DNA from: Rhodospirillales bacterium
GTDB taxonomy: Bacteria > Pseudomonadota > Alphaproteobacteria > Rhodospirillales > Casp-alpha2
DNA length: 64,000 bases
Assembly (NCBI GenBank): GCA_965198795.1
Contig: OZ240674.1
Span: forward strand, 1,540,522-1,604,521
Direction: 5' to 3'
This document shows positions 17,322 through 26,887 of the stretch, one piece after another. A program made the translations under genes and the position numbers. The notes under the pieces are model-generated. The model was not told where the DNA came from and made no database searches. It saw only the letters and a program-made list of their open reading frames with translations. Each line of letters begins with the position of its first letter. Within the stretch, counting starts at the first letter, position 1.

Positions 17322-18860
17322 TCAGAGCCGCGTTTCCATCTCGATCAGGGCCTGATCAATGACGCCCGCCCAATCGCCCGGCGCCGCTTGCCGGACCAGG
17401 ACGGCGCCGCCATACCAGGGAGTGCCGCTGGACTCCATGCCCCATCTCCAATCGGAGCCGAAAGGCAATAGGACGACGACGGGTTTGCCCAAGGCCCCGG
17501 CGAGGTGGGCGACGGCGGTATCGACCGAAACGACGAGATCAAGCGTCTCGATCAAGGCGGCGGTTTCCGCGAAATCGGTCAAATTCGCCGAGACGTCCAG
17601 AAAGCCGCCGGGCGGGTTCGGGTCTTTCGCCGGCAAATCTTTTTGAAGACTGACGACAGACAGCCCCGCCCTGGCCAGTCTGGTGATTTGGCCGGAAGGG
17701 CAACTGCGCTCCGCGCTCAAGCGCTTTTCGCCAAGGGCTTTCCAGCTCACGCCGACGCGGGGCTTGTCCGTTTCCGGTAATCTGGCGCGCCATGCCGTGA
17801 CGATTTCCGGCAGGGCGGATAGATAAGCCGCGCCATCCAGCGTGGCCGGGTTGACTCCCAAAACCCGCGGCAAGGACATGGCCGGGATATGAAGGTCATA
17901 TTGGGGAAGAGGCCGGCCGAACGCTTGGACCGAAATGGCAGGCTCCAGACAAGCGAGCAAGCGTTCCAGGGAAGGTTGAACAACCAATGACACGGTTCCG
18001 CCCCTTTTCGCGGCCTGCCGCGCAAAGCGGCAAAACTGGATGGTGTCGCCCAGACCTTGTTCCGCGTGAATGAGCAGATGGCGTTCCCCGAGCGCGCCGC
18101 CGTCCCAGACCGGCGTTTCCCAATCCCGCCAGAGGCTGACGCGTTCGCGTTCGCGCCACCGCGCTTCATAAGCCAGCCACGCGGCCCGCCAATCATCGGC
18201 CGTGACGGCGCTCAGCATCATGGCCTGGGCGCGATGAACGGCGCTCGGCGCATGATTCGGGTCAAGGGCCAAAACGCGTTCAAAGACGGCGAGAGCTTCG
18301 AACGCCTTATGCTGGTCGAGCAGACAATTCCCGAGATTATAAAGCACCGTCGCGGGAGGATCGGATATCCTGCGAAAAAGGGCTTCCGCCTCTTCAAGGC
18401 GTTGCAGATCACTTAGAACCAGCCCCAGCCGGTTCAGAAGGTTCATGTCGTCCGGGTATTCGGGAACCAGCGGCTCTAGAAGCGGAAGCGCTTTTTCCGG
18501 TTGATCCAGGCTCGCGTGACAAAAGCCCAGGCGCTTGTTCACGTCGTCGGAGGGAGCGACGGATTTGAGGCGTTCCAGGACCGGGAGGGCTTCCAGGAAA
18601 TCGCCGCTTGTTTCAAGGCAGAGGGCATAGACGTTCAGGTAGCCTGGATCGCCGTCCTTCCGGGCCCGGATCGGCGCCAGGACGTCTTTCGCCGATGGCG
18701 TGTCGCCGGATTGAAACAAGATCATGCCCATAAGGGTGATTATGTCCGGGTTCCCCGGATGCCGCTTAAGACCGGCTTTCAGGCGGGACAGAGCGTCGGG
18801 GGCGCGCCGCGCTTGAAGCATCCGCGCCGCCTCCGCGATCACGGTGTAGGGGTCAGCCAT
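17322..18860 (-). CDS. TPR-repeat protein fused to a GT-B (family-9/heptosyltransferase-like) glycosyltransferase domain
   Basis: N-terminal half has TPR-like repeats. C-terminal ..GLGDTIQFCRFA.. and ..VVSVDTAVAHLAGALGKPVVVLLPFGSDWRWG..TPWY.. resembles the GT9 C-terminal signature. Paralog of 50361..51878. Confidence 0.6.
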   Translation of the reverse strand: MADPYTVIAEAARMLQARRAPDALSRLKAGLKRHPGNPDIITLMGMILFQSGDTPSAKDVLAPIRARKDGDPGYLNVYALCLETSGDFLEALPVLERLKSVAPSDDVNKRLGFCHASLDQPEKALPLLEPLVPEYPDDMNLLNRLGLVLSDLQRLEEAEALFRRISDPPATVLYNLGNCLLDQHKAFEALAVFERVLALDPNHAPSAVHRAQAMMLSAVTADDWRAAWLAYEARWRERERVSLWRDWETPVWDGGALGERHLLIHAEQGLGDTIQFCRFARQAAKRGGTVSLVVQPSLERLLACLEPAISVQAFGRPLPQYDLHIPAMSLPRVLGVNPATLDGAAYLSALPEIVTAWRARLPETDKPRVGVSWKALGEKRLSAERSCPSGQITRLARAGLSVVSLQKDLPAKDPNPPGGFLDVSANLTDFAETAALIETLDLVVSVDTAVAHLAGALGKPVVVLLPFGSDWRWGMESSGTPWYGGAVLVRQAAPGDWAGVIDQALIEMETRL

Positions 18861-19383
18861 TCCGAAACTTCGCGCTCATCACTAGATCGACCGGCCGTCC
18901 GTCGAGAATGAATTGGCCAGCCTTGCGGCCTTCTTCCGCCATGCCGCATTTTTCCATGATCCGCAACATGCCGGTATTCTCCGCCATCGTCCCGGCGGTA
19001 ATTTTCCGAAACCCCTCGGCGAACAGATAATCCATGACCGCTCGCCAGGCCTCGGCGCCCAATCCCGTTCCCCAACTGTGGCGGTCGCCGATCAGTATCT
19101 GGATATCGGCCACGCCGTTCGGTTCGTCGACCGCGGTCGTAATGTTACCGATATGGCGGTTGCGCGCGGTTTTTTCCTCAATGGCCCACAGGTGGTCCGG
19201 ACCGTCCCTGAATCCGTCGATGAACGTTCGGCAGCTTTCGAGGCTGTGTCCGCGATGGCGCTGTTCGGAGTACCTCACCACTTCCGGATCGTTCAGCCAC
19301 GACACATAGGCCGCCGTCAGGTGGCGCTGTTGAAAGGGCGAGAGGACGAGGCGTTCGGTTTCCAGCCGGGGCGCGGTCAACAT
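18853..19383 (-). CDS. GNAT N-acetyltransferase (RimJ/RimL-like)
   Basis: ERLVLSPFQQRHLTAAYVSWLNDPEVVRYSEQR.. and ..IGDRHSWGTGLGAEAWRAVMDYLF.. are Acetyltransf_3-type motifs. Confidence 0.65.
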   Translation of the reverse strand: MLTAPRLETERLVLSPFQQRHLTAAYVSWLNDPEVVRYSEQRHRGHSLESCRTFIDGFRDGPDHLWAIEEKTARNRHIGNITTAVDEPNGVADIQILIGDRHSWGTGLGAEAWRAVMDYLFAEGFRKITAGTMAENTGMLRIMEKCGMAEEGRKAGQFILDGRPVDLVMSAKFRNG

Positions 19384-20459
19384 TGCGGCTCGCTCCGCTC
19401 CATGATGGCGTGAAGCGCCCGATTGATGCGCTCCGGAGCGCCGAAGGTCAGCACCTGTTCGACGCCGGGTGCAGGCTGTCGATTGCTCAGCATCACGCCC
19501 AGTTCGCGTTCGATATCTTCCGGGCTATGGGCGACCGGGGTTAACCCGAGGCTGACAGTGGACAACCAGGTCCGCTCAACCTCGCGGGGCAGTATCGACA
19601 ACGTCGGGCGGCCCAGCACGGTTGCTTCCGCCAGCAGGATGGTCGAGAGACCGACGACATGGTCTGCGGCCCAAACGGCTTCCAAGGGCGCGCCGGGAAC
19701 GCCCATTTGATCGATTTCAGAGCGATAGGCGCCGTACTCGGAAAGCCGCTCCTTGGGATGCGGGCGGAGCGCGACATAGGGTTTTCCATCCAGGCGCGTC
19801 AGCGCGTCCAGCAGTTCTTCCAAAACAATCCTGGTGCGCGCGTCCGCGCCGCCCCTGCCTGATAACCGGTAATCCCGGGAACGTCTAAAGGAAGCCGGAT
19901 CAAGGCCGTCGGAAAGCTCGCTCAGGAAGAGCAGAACGGGCTGGTCCGTGCCCGCGCCCGGGAAGAGTTTACGTTTCAGGGCGCGCCGGCCGGGCGCATG
20001 GTCACGCCAACCCCGGACACGATCCAGGGCGGGGTGGCCCACGCAATGAATGCGGGCCGGGTCGAAGCCCAGGTCTTCGTAGCTCCTCGCGATGGCCTGG
20101 TCGGGAACCAGCAGCCAGTCCGGGGCGTGAGCGAGGGAATTATCCGTCCGTCCCCGAAAGCGGCGCACGCTGTTGGCCGGTCCGTCCACCAGTCCGGCGC
20201 TTGGAATACTCCGGGTTCGCGCGGCCTCGATAAGCGAAAAGGCTTGCGTGTCCGGATTTTCCGACGTGCCGACAACGAACATATCCACGTCGGGTTGGCT
20301 ATTTTCGGGGGGAGCAGCCTTAAATCCCAGTTCCCTCGCCCCATTCAGCGCTTGAGGCCCGGCCCATACAATCATCTCAAGGTCCTGAAGCGCGTCAGGC
20401 AGGCCCGCCAGCATATTCGCGGCGCCGGGGTCCTCGACGAAGAAAAGAACGCGGTTCAT
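19377..20459 (-). CDS. Uncharacterised protein, possibly a two-Rossmann (GT-B-like) nucleotide-sugar enzyme
   Basis: A coding frame supported by the operon overlap pattern. I recognise no diagnostic motif. The alternating beta-alpha character in both halves only hints at a GT-B/epimerase-like fold. Confidence 0.3.
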   Translation of the reverse strand: MNRVLFFVEDPGAANMLAGLPDALQDLEMIVWAGPQALNGARELGFKAAPPENSQPDVDMFVVGTSENPDTQAFSLIEAARTRSIPSAGLVDGPANSVRRFRGRTDNSLAHAPDWLLVPDQAIARSYEDLGFDPARIHCVGHPALDRVRGWRDHAPGRRALKRKLFPGAGTDQPVLLFLSELSDGLDPASFRRSRDYRLSGRGGADARTRIVLEELLDALTRLDGKPYVALRPHPKERLSEYGAYRSEIDQMGVPGAPLEAVWAADHVVGLSTILLAEATVLGRPTLSILPREVERTWLSTVSLGLTPVAHSPEDIERELGVMLSNRQPAPGVEQVLTFGAPERINRALHAIMERSEPQC

Positions 20460-20462
20460 CGC

Positions 20463-21479
20463 TCAGAGCGCGATGCGCGCGCCATCCGACTCGGCGGACG
20501 TGACGGCGGCTTGAAGGATGGCGTCATTCCGGGCCGCGGACGTCCCGCTCGATATGGCTGACTTCTGACCACGGGCGATGGCGGCAAGGTTGTCATAAAG
20601 CCGGTAAAGCGCTCTTCCGGCGGTTGCGGGAAGCGGGGCTGGTTTGTCTGACGCGATTTCCCGTTCATCCATCAGCCCGCGGTTGTCTGTCAGAGAGAAA
20701 TGCCTGGCGCTCAATCCTTCTTGCAGAATGGCGAGGCGGCCCGTCGTGCCCCAGATGTCCAGACCGACTTCCCTGTATACGGAAAAATCGAGAGGCTGAA
20801 GGGTGGCGATTGCGCCGCCCGCGAGGTCCAGCGCGACCGGGATGTTCGGATCTCCCGGGATCGGCGCATTTTTCAGACGTTTCAAGGGAGCGAGGGCGCG
20901 AACGGCGGTGATCTCGCCGGTCAACATGCGGATAAGATCGATCATATGACCGCCGTTGTTGAACAATCCGTCGCCATAGAGCCCGGTTAGCGCCTGGACG
21001 CCGCCGATCTTCCCGGTGAGGTCGCCACCCGCCAACGCCTGCATGGTTTCATCACCCCGGCGCCAGTAATTCACCAGGACTTCGACGCCCCGCCGGGCGC
21101 AGGTTTCCAGAAACCGGGCGCCGTCGGCGCCGCCGGGCGCATCCAGGGGCTTCTCGATCAAGACGGCTTTCAGGCCGGGGAGAGCTTCGAGCATATCCGC
21201 GCGCCGGCCGGGCGGAGCCGTAATAATCGCGACTTCCGGCAGGACGGCTGAGGCCACGGCGGAGAGGTCATCGCTCACATGGGGCACCCGCCAATCCCTG
21301 GCGGCGCGCACTCGGGGACCCTCCGCGAGTTCGACGACTCCCCGCCAGTCGAAGGCTGGATGATCACGCAGCACCTGGGCGTGGGTCGCGTATTCGAAAT
21401 GCTCGGCCATTTTTTCATCCATGGCGAGGCCATGCGCGATCTGGCCGAAGCCGATCACAATGGTCCGAAGGCCGGTCAT
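20463..21479 (-). CDS. Gfo/Idh/MocA-family NAD(P)-dependent oxidoreductase (start MTGLRTIVIGFG at 21479)
   Basis: N-terminal Rossmann motif IVIGFGQIAHG, then ..AVLIEKPL... ATGA start/stop overlap with the upstream gene (cat at 21477..21479, tca at 21476..21478). Confidence 0.7.
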   Translation of the reverse strand: MTGLRTIVIGFGQIAHGLAMDEKMAEHFEYATHAQVLRDHPAFDWRGVVELAEGPRVRAARDWRVPHVSDDLSAVASAVLPEVAIITAPPGRRADMLEALPGLKAVLIEKPLDAPGGADGARFLETCARRGVEVLVNYWRRGDETMQALAGGDLTGKIGGVQALTGLYGDGLFNNGGHMIDLIRMLTGEITAVRALAPLKRLKNAPIPGDPNIPVALDLAGGAIATLQPLDFSVYREVGLDIWGTTGRLAILQEGLSARHFSLTDNRGLMDEREIASDKPAPLPATAGRALYRLYDNLAAIARGQKSAISSGTSAARNDAILQAAVTSAESDGARIAL

Positions 21480-22216
21480 CGGATGGGTTTCTCTTCGCAA
21501 TGGGCGTTGAGAGCCGCCAAATCGGGGCTTTCGTCCAGCAGCGCGAGGATAGGCCCGACGCCAAAAACAGGGCCTAAATCCGGTTCCAGCCGCTCATAAA
21601 CGGAACGGATCAATTCCAGGTCTTCCGGATAATCCATTTGCAGACGGATATCAGGGGCCCTCTGGTCGGCGGGCGCGGTCATGTGATGAATGCGGTAACG
21701 ATCAGGGTTCTCGTAGAAATAAAGCGAGACATGCTCGCGGACAGCCGGATCGGTGATCGTTCGCGAGACCTCGGCCAGGGTCTCATAACCGAACACTTGC
21801 GCGTCGACGCCCTGGGGCCAGGAGAGTTTGCGGACGTTGCAGACAACATCCACGCCGCCTTTCTGAAATCGCGCGACGGCTTGATCGACGACGGCGGGAT
21901 CAAGGAGCGGCGTATCGCCGCATATCTCGACGACGACCTCGCTCCCCGCAGCGCGGTGCGCCTGGACCACACGGTCCAGAACATCGTGTTCGGAACCCCG
22001 GTGGCAAGGCGTTCCGCTCCGCGCCGCCCATTCGGCGATGGCGTCATCGGCGGCGTTGGTTGTGGTCGCCACGATGACGCCGTCAACTCGGGTACAGGCG
22101 TGAAGCCGGTCAACGAGGCGTTCCAGGGCGGGTTTCCCGCAGATATCCATCAACACCTTGCCCGGCAGGCGGGATGCGGACATGCGCGCTTCGATGCTGG
22201 CGACGACGTTCGGCAT
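21476..22216 (-). CDS. SpsF/NeuA-like cytidylyltransferase (copy 1 of 3)
   Basis: VVASIEARMSASRLPGKVLMDICGKPALERLVDRL, a CTP_transf_3-type N-terminus shared by all three copies (AR..S.RLPGK). Confidence 0.7.
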   Translation of the reverse strand: MPNVVASIEARMSASRLPGKVLMDICGKPALERLVDRLHACTRVDGVIVATTTNAADDAIAEWAARSGTPCHRGSEHDVLDRVVQAHRAAGSEVVVEICGDTPLLDPAVVDQAVARFQKGGVDVVCNVRKLSWPQGVDAQVFGYETLAEVSRTITDPAVREHVSLYFYENPDRYRIHHMTAPADQRAPDIRLQMDYPEDLELIRSVYERLEPDLGPVFGVGPILALLDESPDLAALNAHCEEKPIR

Positions 22217-22226
22217 CGGGTTGATC

Positions 22227-23507
22227 CTACTCCGCAGCCGCCCGGCCGCTTAAGTCCGCCCGATGCTTGTGTACTTTGCGGATGGCTTTTAAGAGTAACT
22301 CGACATCATCTTCCGCGAGGTCATGGGCGCAGGGTTCAAACAACAGCGCCTCGTGTTCGTGCAGCCGTTCGGTGACGGGACACAGGCCGTCCTGATAGGT
22401 GCGGTCCGTCAGCGTGAAGGGCCAGCCGTCCCGGCCGATCGCCTTGCGTTCACGGAAAACAGGCAGCCGGTAAAGAGGCGCCAAATAGGCTTGAGCATGA
22501 GGGAACCCCTCAGCCGCGAGGGCCTTTGAGAAGGCGTCGCGAGAGAGACCGGTTATTTTCTCGTCATATCGCAACAGCCAGACGTAATAGTTGTGTCTGC
22601 ATCCAGCACGGACGACCGGCGCCGTCAGTCCATCCAGTTCGCGAACGCCTTCGGAAAGCGCCCGGGCGATGGTCTCGCGCTTTGTCACATGGGTTTCGAT
22701 GTCACCCAGCTGCGCCAGCCCGACAGCGGCCTGCAACTCGGTGAGACGAAGGTTCAAACCGATCAGATTGGTAATGTCGCCGTCCGCCGCCAAGTTGGTG
22801 CAATTCTCGCCGTGATTTCGGATCAACGCCAGGCGCGTCGCCAAACCGTCATCGTTGGTGACGCACATGCCGCCCTCGCCCGTGTGGATGTGCTTATGGA
22901 AATTCAGGCTGGCGACGCCGATGTGCCCGACCGTTCCGGTTGCCTGGCCGTTCTCGTGGGCAAGCGGGGCTTGGGCGTTGTCTTCGATCAGGTAAAGACC
23001 GTGTTCGTCGGCCAGCGCGCGGAGTTCCGCCAGCCGCGCCGGGTGACCGAACAAATTGACGGCGAGGACCGCCTTGGTTTTGCCCGTGATCAACTCCGCC
23101 ACCTTGGCCGGGTCCAAGCCAAAGGTCTCGTCTTCGATGTCGGCGAAAACAGGAATAGCGCCATAATAGAGAGGGACCATGGCCGTCGCCGTCATGGTCC
23201 AAGGCGGCAGAATCACCTCGTCGCCGGGGGACAGCTTGATCGCCCCCATGGCCGCCAGCAGACCCGACGTGTTCGAGTTCATTGAAATCGCGTGCTTGAC
23301 GCCGAACTTGGCCGCCCAGGCCGCCTCGAACTCCCGCACCTTCGGCCCGCCCATGAATTCAGGGCCGGGTGATCCATAAAACCCGGAGAGACAGCCGCTC
23401 GCCACAACATCGGCCACGGCGCGCCGTTCCGCCTCGCCCATGGACGGGTATGGCGCGAACTCGCCTGATATAACAGGTTTTCCGCCAAGACACGCCAAGT
23501 CGCTCAC
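22227..23507 (-). CDS. DegT/DnrJ/EryC1/StrS-family PLP-dependent sugar aminotransferase
   Basis: ..VKHAISMNSNTSGLLAAMGA..GDEVILPPWTMTATA.. and the Lys-containing ..ASLNFHKHIHTGEGGM.. motif. Confidence 0.85.
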   Translation of the reverse strand: MSDLACLGGKPVISGEFAPYPSMGEAERRAVADVVASGCLSGFYGSPGPEFMGGPKVREFEAAWAAKFGVKHAISMNSNTSGLLAAMGAIKLSPGDEVILPPWTMTATAMVPLYYGAIPVFADIEDETFGLDPAKVAELITGKTKAVLAVNLFGHPARLAELRALADEHGLYLIEDNAQAPLAHENGQATGTVGHIGVASLNFHKHIHTGEGGMCVTNDDGLATRLALIRNHGENCTNLAADGDITNLIGLNLRLTELQAAVGLAQLGDIETHVTKRETIARALSEGVRELDGLTAPVVRAGCRHNYYVWLLRYDEKITGLSRDAFSKALAAEGFPHAQAYLAPLYRLPVFRERKAIGRDGWPFTLTDRTYQDGLCPVTERLHEHEALLFEPCAHDLAEDDVELLLKAIRKVHKHRADLSGRAAAE

Positions 23508-24232
23508 GACACCTGTTCCTTGTCCTTGATCTTTTGTTCATCCCACGCGCGGGCCAGGCGCGTGACGATATCCAAAGGCGCTGTCCGATCCTTGAGCCGG
23601 TCCGAGATCCAGGTCGCGCGTTCGAAATCTTCCCGAGTATCCACCGCCAGGCGGCGGCCCGTAAACAGGCGTTCATCGTACCCCGTATCATGGGCTGTGA
23701 CATTCACAATACGGAACACGCCGGGATGTCCGTAGCAATAGCGGGTCACGTGCTCCCGGTCCGCAGGGTTTTGGGCCGCCTGGGCCACCTTCGCCAGCGT
23801 TTCCGACGGGATGACCTCGACACTGACGCCGGCCGGGAAACCACGGGGAAATACATTCGTCGTCAGGTCGCCCTTCTCGGCGTCATGACGTTCCAGAGCG
23901 CCCCGAATCACATCCGGCGCGATGAAGGGACTGTCGCCTGAAACGCGAACCAGGGCGTCCAGACCTTGAGCCTTGGCGCACGCCAGGGCGCGCCCGAGAA
24001 CGTCATCCGCCGGGCCTCGGAACACCGGTAAACCCAGTCCCTTGGCGTGCGCCTCAATGGGATCGTCCAATGATCGCGATGAAGTCGCCACAATAACGGG
24101 AAGCCTGGGTCCAACCATCTCGCAGCGCTCAATGGTCCACGTCAGCATGGGAACGCCCGCCAATGACATCAGGGTTTTTCCCGGTAAGCGGCTTGAGTCC
24201 ATCCGGGCGAAGATAACAATCGCCGTTGTCAT
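23504..24232 (-). CDS. SpsF/NeuA-like cytidylyltransferase (copy 2 of 3; start MTTAIVIF at 24232)
   Basis: AIVIFARMDSSRLPGKTLMSLAGVPMLTWTIERC. ATGA overlap with the upstream GNAT stop (24229..24232). Confidence 0.7.
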   Translation of the reverse strand: MTTAIVIFARMDSSRLPGKTLMSLAGVPMLTWTIERCEMVGPRLPVIVATSSRSLDDPIEAHAKGLGLPVFRGPADDVLGRALACAKAQGLDALVRVSGDSPFIAPDVIRGALERHDAEKGDLTTNVFPRGFPAGVSVEVIPSETLAKVAQAAQNPADREHVTRYCYGHPGVFRIVNVTAHDTGYDERLFTGRRLAVDTREDFERATWISDRLKDRTAPLDIVTRLARAWDEQKIKDKEQVS

Positions 24233-24993
24233 GCCGCATCCCCTTCCGGCGTCATCTCCGGATTGGTCCAATGCAACGTGATTTGGCCAGACTCCTTGCT
24301 AAATCCAGCTTGTTCGTAGAGCCGCAAAGACGCCAGATTGTCGGCCTGGGTGCCGACCCGCATCTCATCTATTTCGCTTCCGAAAACCCGGAAGGCGGCG
24401 TCGATCAGTTGAGCGGCGACGCCTTTGCGCCGGTGTTTCGGCGCCGTCGCGATCAGGTCGATGGCCGCTGTCCGGTCACGCAGCACACACAAGTTGAAGC
24501 CGGCAATCTCGCCGTCGATAGAGGCGATAAGCGGAGCCGCCGCCCGGCCGTTGATGTCATTGGCGATCCAGGCGGCGCGAACTTGATCCGCGAAACCATC
24601 GGGCACTTCCGGGTCGCGGTGCAAACGATCAAGGATGAAGGAGGCTTTGGCGACGGAAACGCATGCGCCGATATCTTCCGCCCCGGCCATTCGGATGTCG
24701 AGCGTCGTCGCGTTTGCCGGGCGGGCGGGTTGAGAGAGAGTGACCAGGGTTTCGATCCGGCGGAACCCGGCGTTCTCCAGGACGTCCGCCGTTTCCTGGT
24801 CGGCTTCGTTGACGCGGCACGAGACCAGCCAAACATCTTCTCGGCGCCACTCGTCAATCAGTCCGGCGGCTTCCGGCCGGCCAGGCGTGCCGGACACCCG
24901 CAGTTTCCCGACTGGGACGCCCGCCATGTCCGTCTCGAACGCCTGTTCGCTCCAGGACAGGGACGGCGGCTTTTCCGCCTTATGGACCATCAT
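24229..24993 (-). CDS. GNAT-family acetyltransferase
   Basis: ..IDLIATAPKHRRKGVAAQLIDAAF..LRLYEQAGF.. (acetyl-CoA binding motif A region). Confidence 0.65.
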   Translation of the reverse strand: MMVHKAEKPPSLSWSEQAFETDMAGVPVGKLRVSGTPGRPEAAGLIDEWRREDVWLVSCRVNEADQETADVLENAGFRRIETLVTLSQPARPANATTLDIRMAGAEDIGACVSVAKASFILDRLHRDPEVPDGFADQVRAAWIANDINGRAAAPLIASIDGEIAGFNLCVLRDRTAAIDLIATAPKHRRKGVAAQLIDAAFRVFGSEIDEMRVGTQADNLASLRLYEQAGFSKESGQITLHWTNPEMTPEGDAA

Positions 24994-25005
24994 ATCAGAC
25001 GCGCT

Positions 25006-26115
25006 CTATTCGACAGGGTGGCGCAGCGCCCACTGGTTGCCGCGGTTCTCCCAAATTTTCGGGTCGCGATGCTTGTCGATCACGTCTGTGAACTCCGCAT
25101 CCGTCATGGCGAGATAATCGAGATGTTCGGCGTGATAGGCGTTAGGGAACTCATCATCATATTTGCGTGCGAGTTCCAACCCCTCTTCCCGGGTCATCTG
25201 ACCGTTCTGAATCATCCGGCAGGCGTCGCGGACAGCCCGGCCAAAGCCGAATTTGACGAACTGCATGTGGTAATAGAGATTGTCGATCTTGTCGTCCAGG
25301 CTGTCGAAGTCCGTGAAGGTGCCGTCCGTCCGGCCATTAGCGGCCAGGCGGAAATCGATCTTGTCCTTGATGTAATCGTAATTCTCCTTCATGGACCAGC
25401 GGAAAAAATAGGCGAAATAAAGCGCCTTGACGCCGACCGCCTCAACCGCGTCCAGGTCTGGATAAAGATAGGGCGCGAGATGACGATCCTCGATCTCGTC
25501 ATCCATCCAGTTATAGGGATCGTCGCCGATCTGGTGTTCCAGCACTTCCGTGAAGTCACGAATCTTTCGGTGTTCCTCGGACAGAACACGTCCGCCGTAT
25601 TCGCTCTCGCCATGTTCGGCGTAAAACAGCAGCGGGATTTTGTAACGAACCGCCATCTGCACGGGGACCGAGTTGACGCCCGCGTTCCAATGAATCTTCG
25701 GATCCCCCCGTTCGATGAAGAAGCGGCGCGACAGTCGGCGCGAGACCGCTTGGTTGGGCCGGACCATCACGTGGTCGAAACCCAGCTTGATCATCTCCTC
25801 ACGGTTATGTTGGGCCGTGTCGTCGGGGATTAACGGCGCCATGGTGACCAGCAGCGGATTCAATCCGAATTCGAACTTCAGCTTGTGTGCGATGGCGCTG
25901 GAGTCCTTGCCGCCCGACCAGGGCACGACGCAGTCGTAGGGACCGTCCTTGGGGCGGAAGCGCCCGACATAGTCCAGAAACTCCTCACGCCGCGCGTCCC
26001 AGTCGATTTCGTTCTTCGCCCGCGCCGTATGGCAGGCGTTACAAACGCCGTTCTCGTCGAACACGATGCGCGGCCTAGTGTCCGGCATCAGGCATTTTCC
26101 GCAGTATGTCACCAT
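25006..26115 (-). CDS. N-acetyl sugar amidotransferase (PP-loop; WbpG/PseA-like)
   Basis: N-terminal Cys cluster CGKCLMPDTRPRIVFDENGVCNACH followed by the PP-loop VVPWSGGKDSS. Immediately followed by HisF/HisH paralogs, as in known acetamidino-sugar loci. Confidence 0.8.
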   Translation of the reverse strand: MVTYCGKCLMPDTRPRIVFDENGVCNACHTARAKNEIDWDARREEFLDYVGRFRPKDGPYDCVVPWSGGKDSSAIAHKLKFEFGLNPLLVTMAPLIPDDTAQHNREEMIKLGFDHVMVRPNQAVSRRLSRRFFIERGDPKIHWNAGVNSVPVQMAVRYKIPLLFYAEHGESEYGGRVLSEEHRKIRDFTEVLEHQIGDDPYNWMDDEIEDRHLAPYLYPDLDAVEAVGVKALYFAYFFRWSMKENYDYIKDKIDFRLAANGRTDGTFTDFDSLDDKIDNLYYHMQFVKFGFGRAVRDACRMIQNGQMTREEGLELARKYDDEFPNAYHAEHLDYLAMTDAEFTDVIDKHRDPKIWENRGNQWALRHPVE

Positions 26116-26140
26116 GGAAACGATCCACTTAAGTCAGGAC

Positions 26141-26887
26141 CTACATCCTTACGGGAATTCCTTGCTTTTCCATGAACTTCTTCGCGCTCGTAATGCTGGT
26201 TTCCGTGAAATGGTAGATATTCTGAGTGCAAACGGCGGATAAGCCGCCTTTCTTCACTCCGTCCGCGAAGTGCCTCCAGTTACCGGCGCCGCCGAGCCCA
26301 AGGACCGGAACTGTGACTCCGCCCGCGACCTCCGCGCAGAGGTCCAAGTCATAACCCTGAAGCGAGCCGTCCCGCTCAACGGACGTGACCATGATTTCGC
26401 CCGCCCCCAATTCCTCTCCTCGGACGGCCCAGTCAACGGGCGGCCAACCGGTTGGATCGGTGGCGAAATTGCTGAAAACGGAATAGCTTCCGTTTTCTCC
26501 CTTGCGGGCGTCGATCGAAAGCACGACGCACTGGCTGCCGTAGGTCTTGGCGATTTCCGTGATCAATTCAGGCCGCTTCACGGCGCCTGTATTGACGACA
26601 ACCTTGTCGCCGCCCGCGGCCATCATTCGTTTCGCGTCATCTATCGTCCGAATGCCGCCGCCGACGGCCAAGGGCACGAAGCATGTCTCCGCAAACTCTC
26701 GAACCACATCGAAGAACGCTTGCTGATCGCCTTTCCCGCCCCGCGTGACGTCCAGCATGACGATCTCGTCAATGGCCCAGGCGTCAACGAAATTGTGGGT
26801 ATAGCGGTAGTCCGGCTCAAACAATTTGGTGCGGAACAGGGTTCCGTCCGAGAATGTGAGAACGGTTACCAGCCGTGTTCTGAGCAT
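26141..26887 (-). CDS. Imidazole-glycerol-phosphate-synthase cyclase subunit paralog (HisF-like)
   Basis: ..RLVTVLTFSDGTLFRTKLF..DEIVMLDVTRGG..PLAVGGGIRTIDDAKRMMAAGGDKVVVNTGAV.. is HisF-like (beta/alpha)8 sequence. Confidence 0.85.
   Translation of the reverse strand: MLRTRLVTVLTFSDGTLFRTKLFEPDYRYTHNFVDAWAIDEIVMLDVTRGGKGDQQAFFDVVREFAETCFVPLAVGGGIRTIDDAKRMMAAGGDKVVVNTGAVKRPELITEIAKTYGSQCVVLSIDARKGENGSYSVFSNFATDPTGWPPVDWAVRGEELGAGEIMVTSVERDGSLQGYDLDLCAEVAGGVTVPVLGLGGAGNWRHFADGVKKGGLSAVCTQNIYHFTETSITSAKKFMEKQGIPVRM

Noticed and set aside
24226-25833. A 535-aa plus-strand ORF spanning two minus-strand genes
   Set aside because: It crosses the boundary of the GNAT and amidotransferase genes, both of which have clear family motifs on the minus strand. 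It has no motifs of its own.
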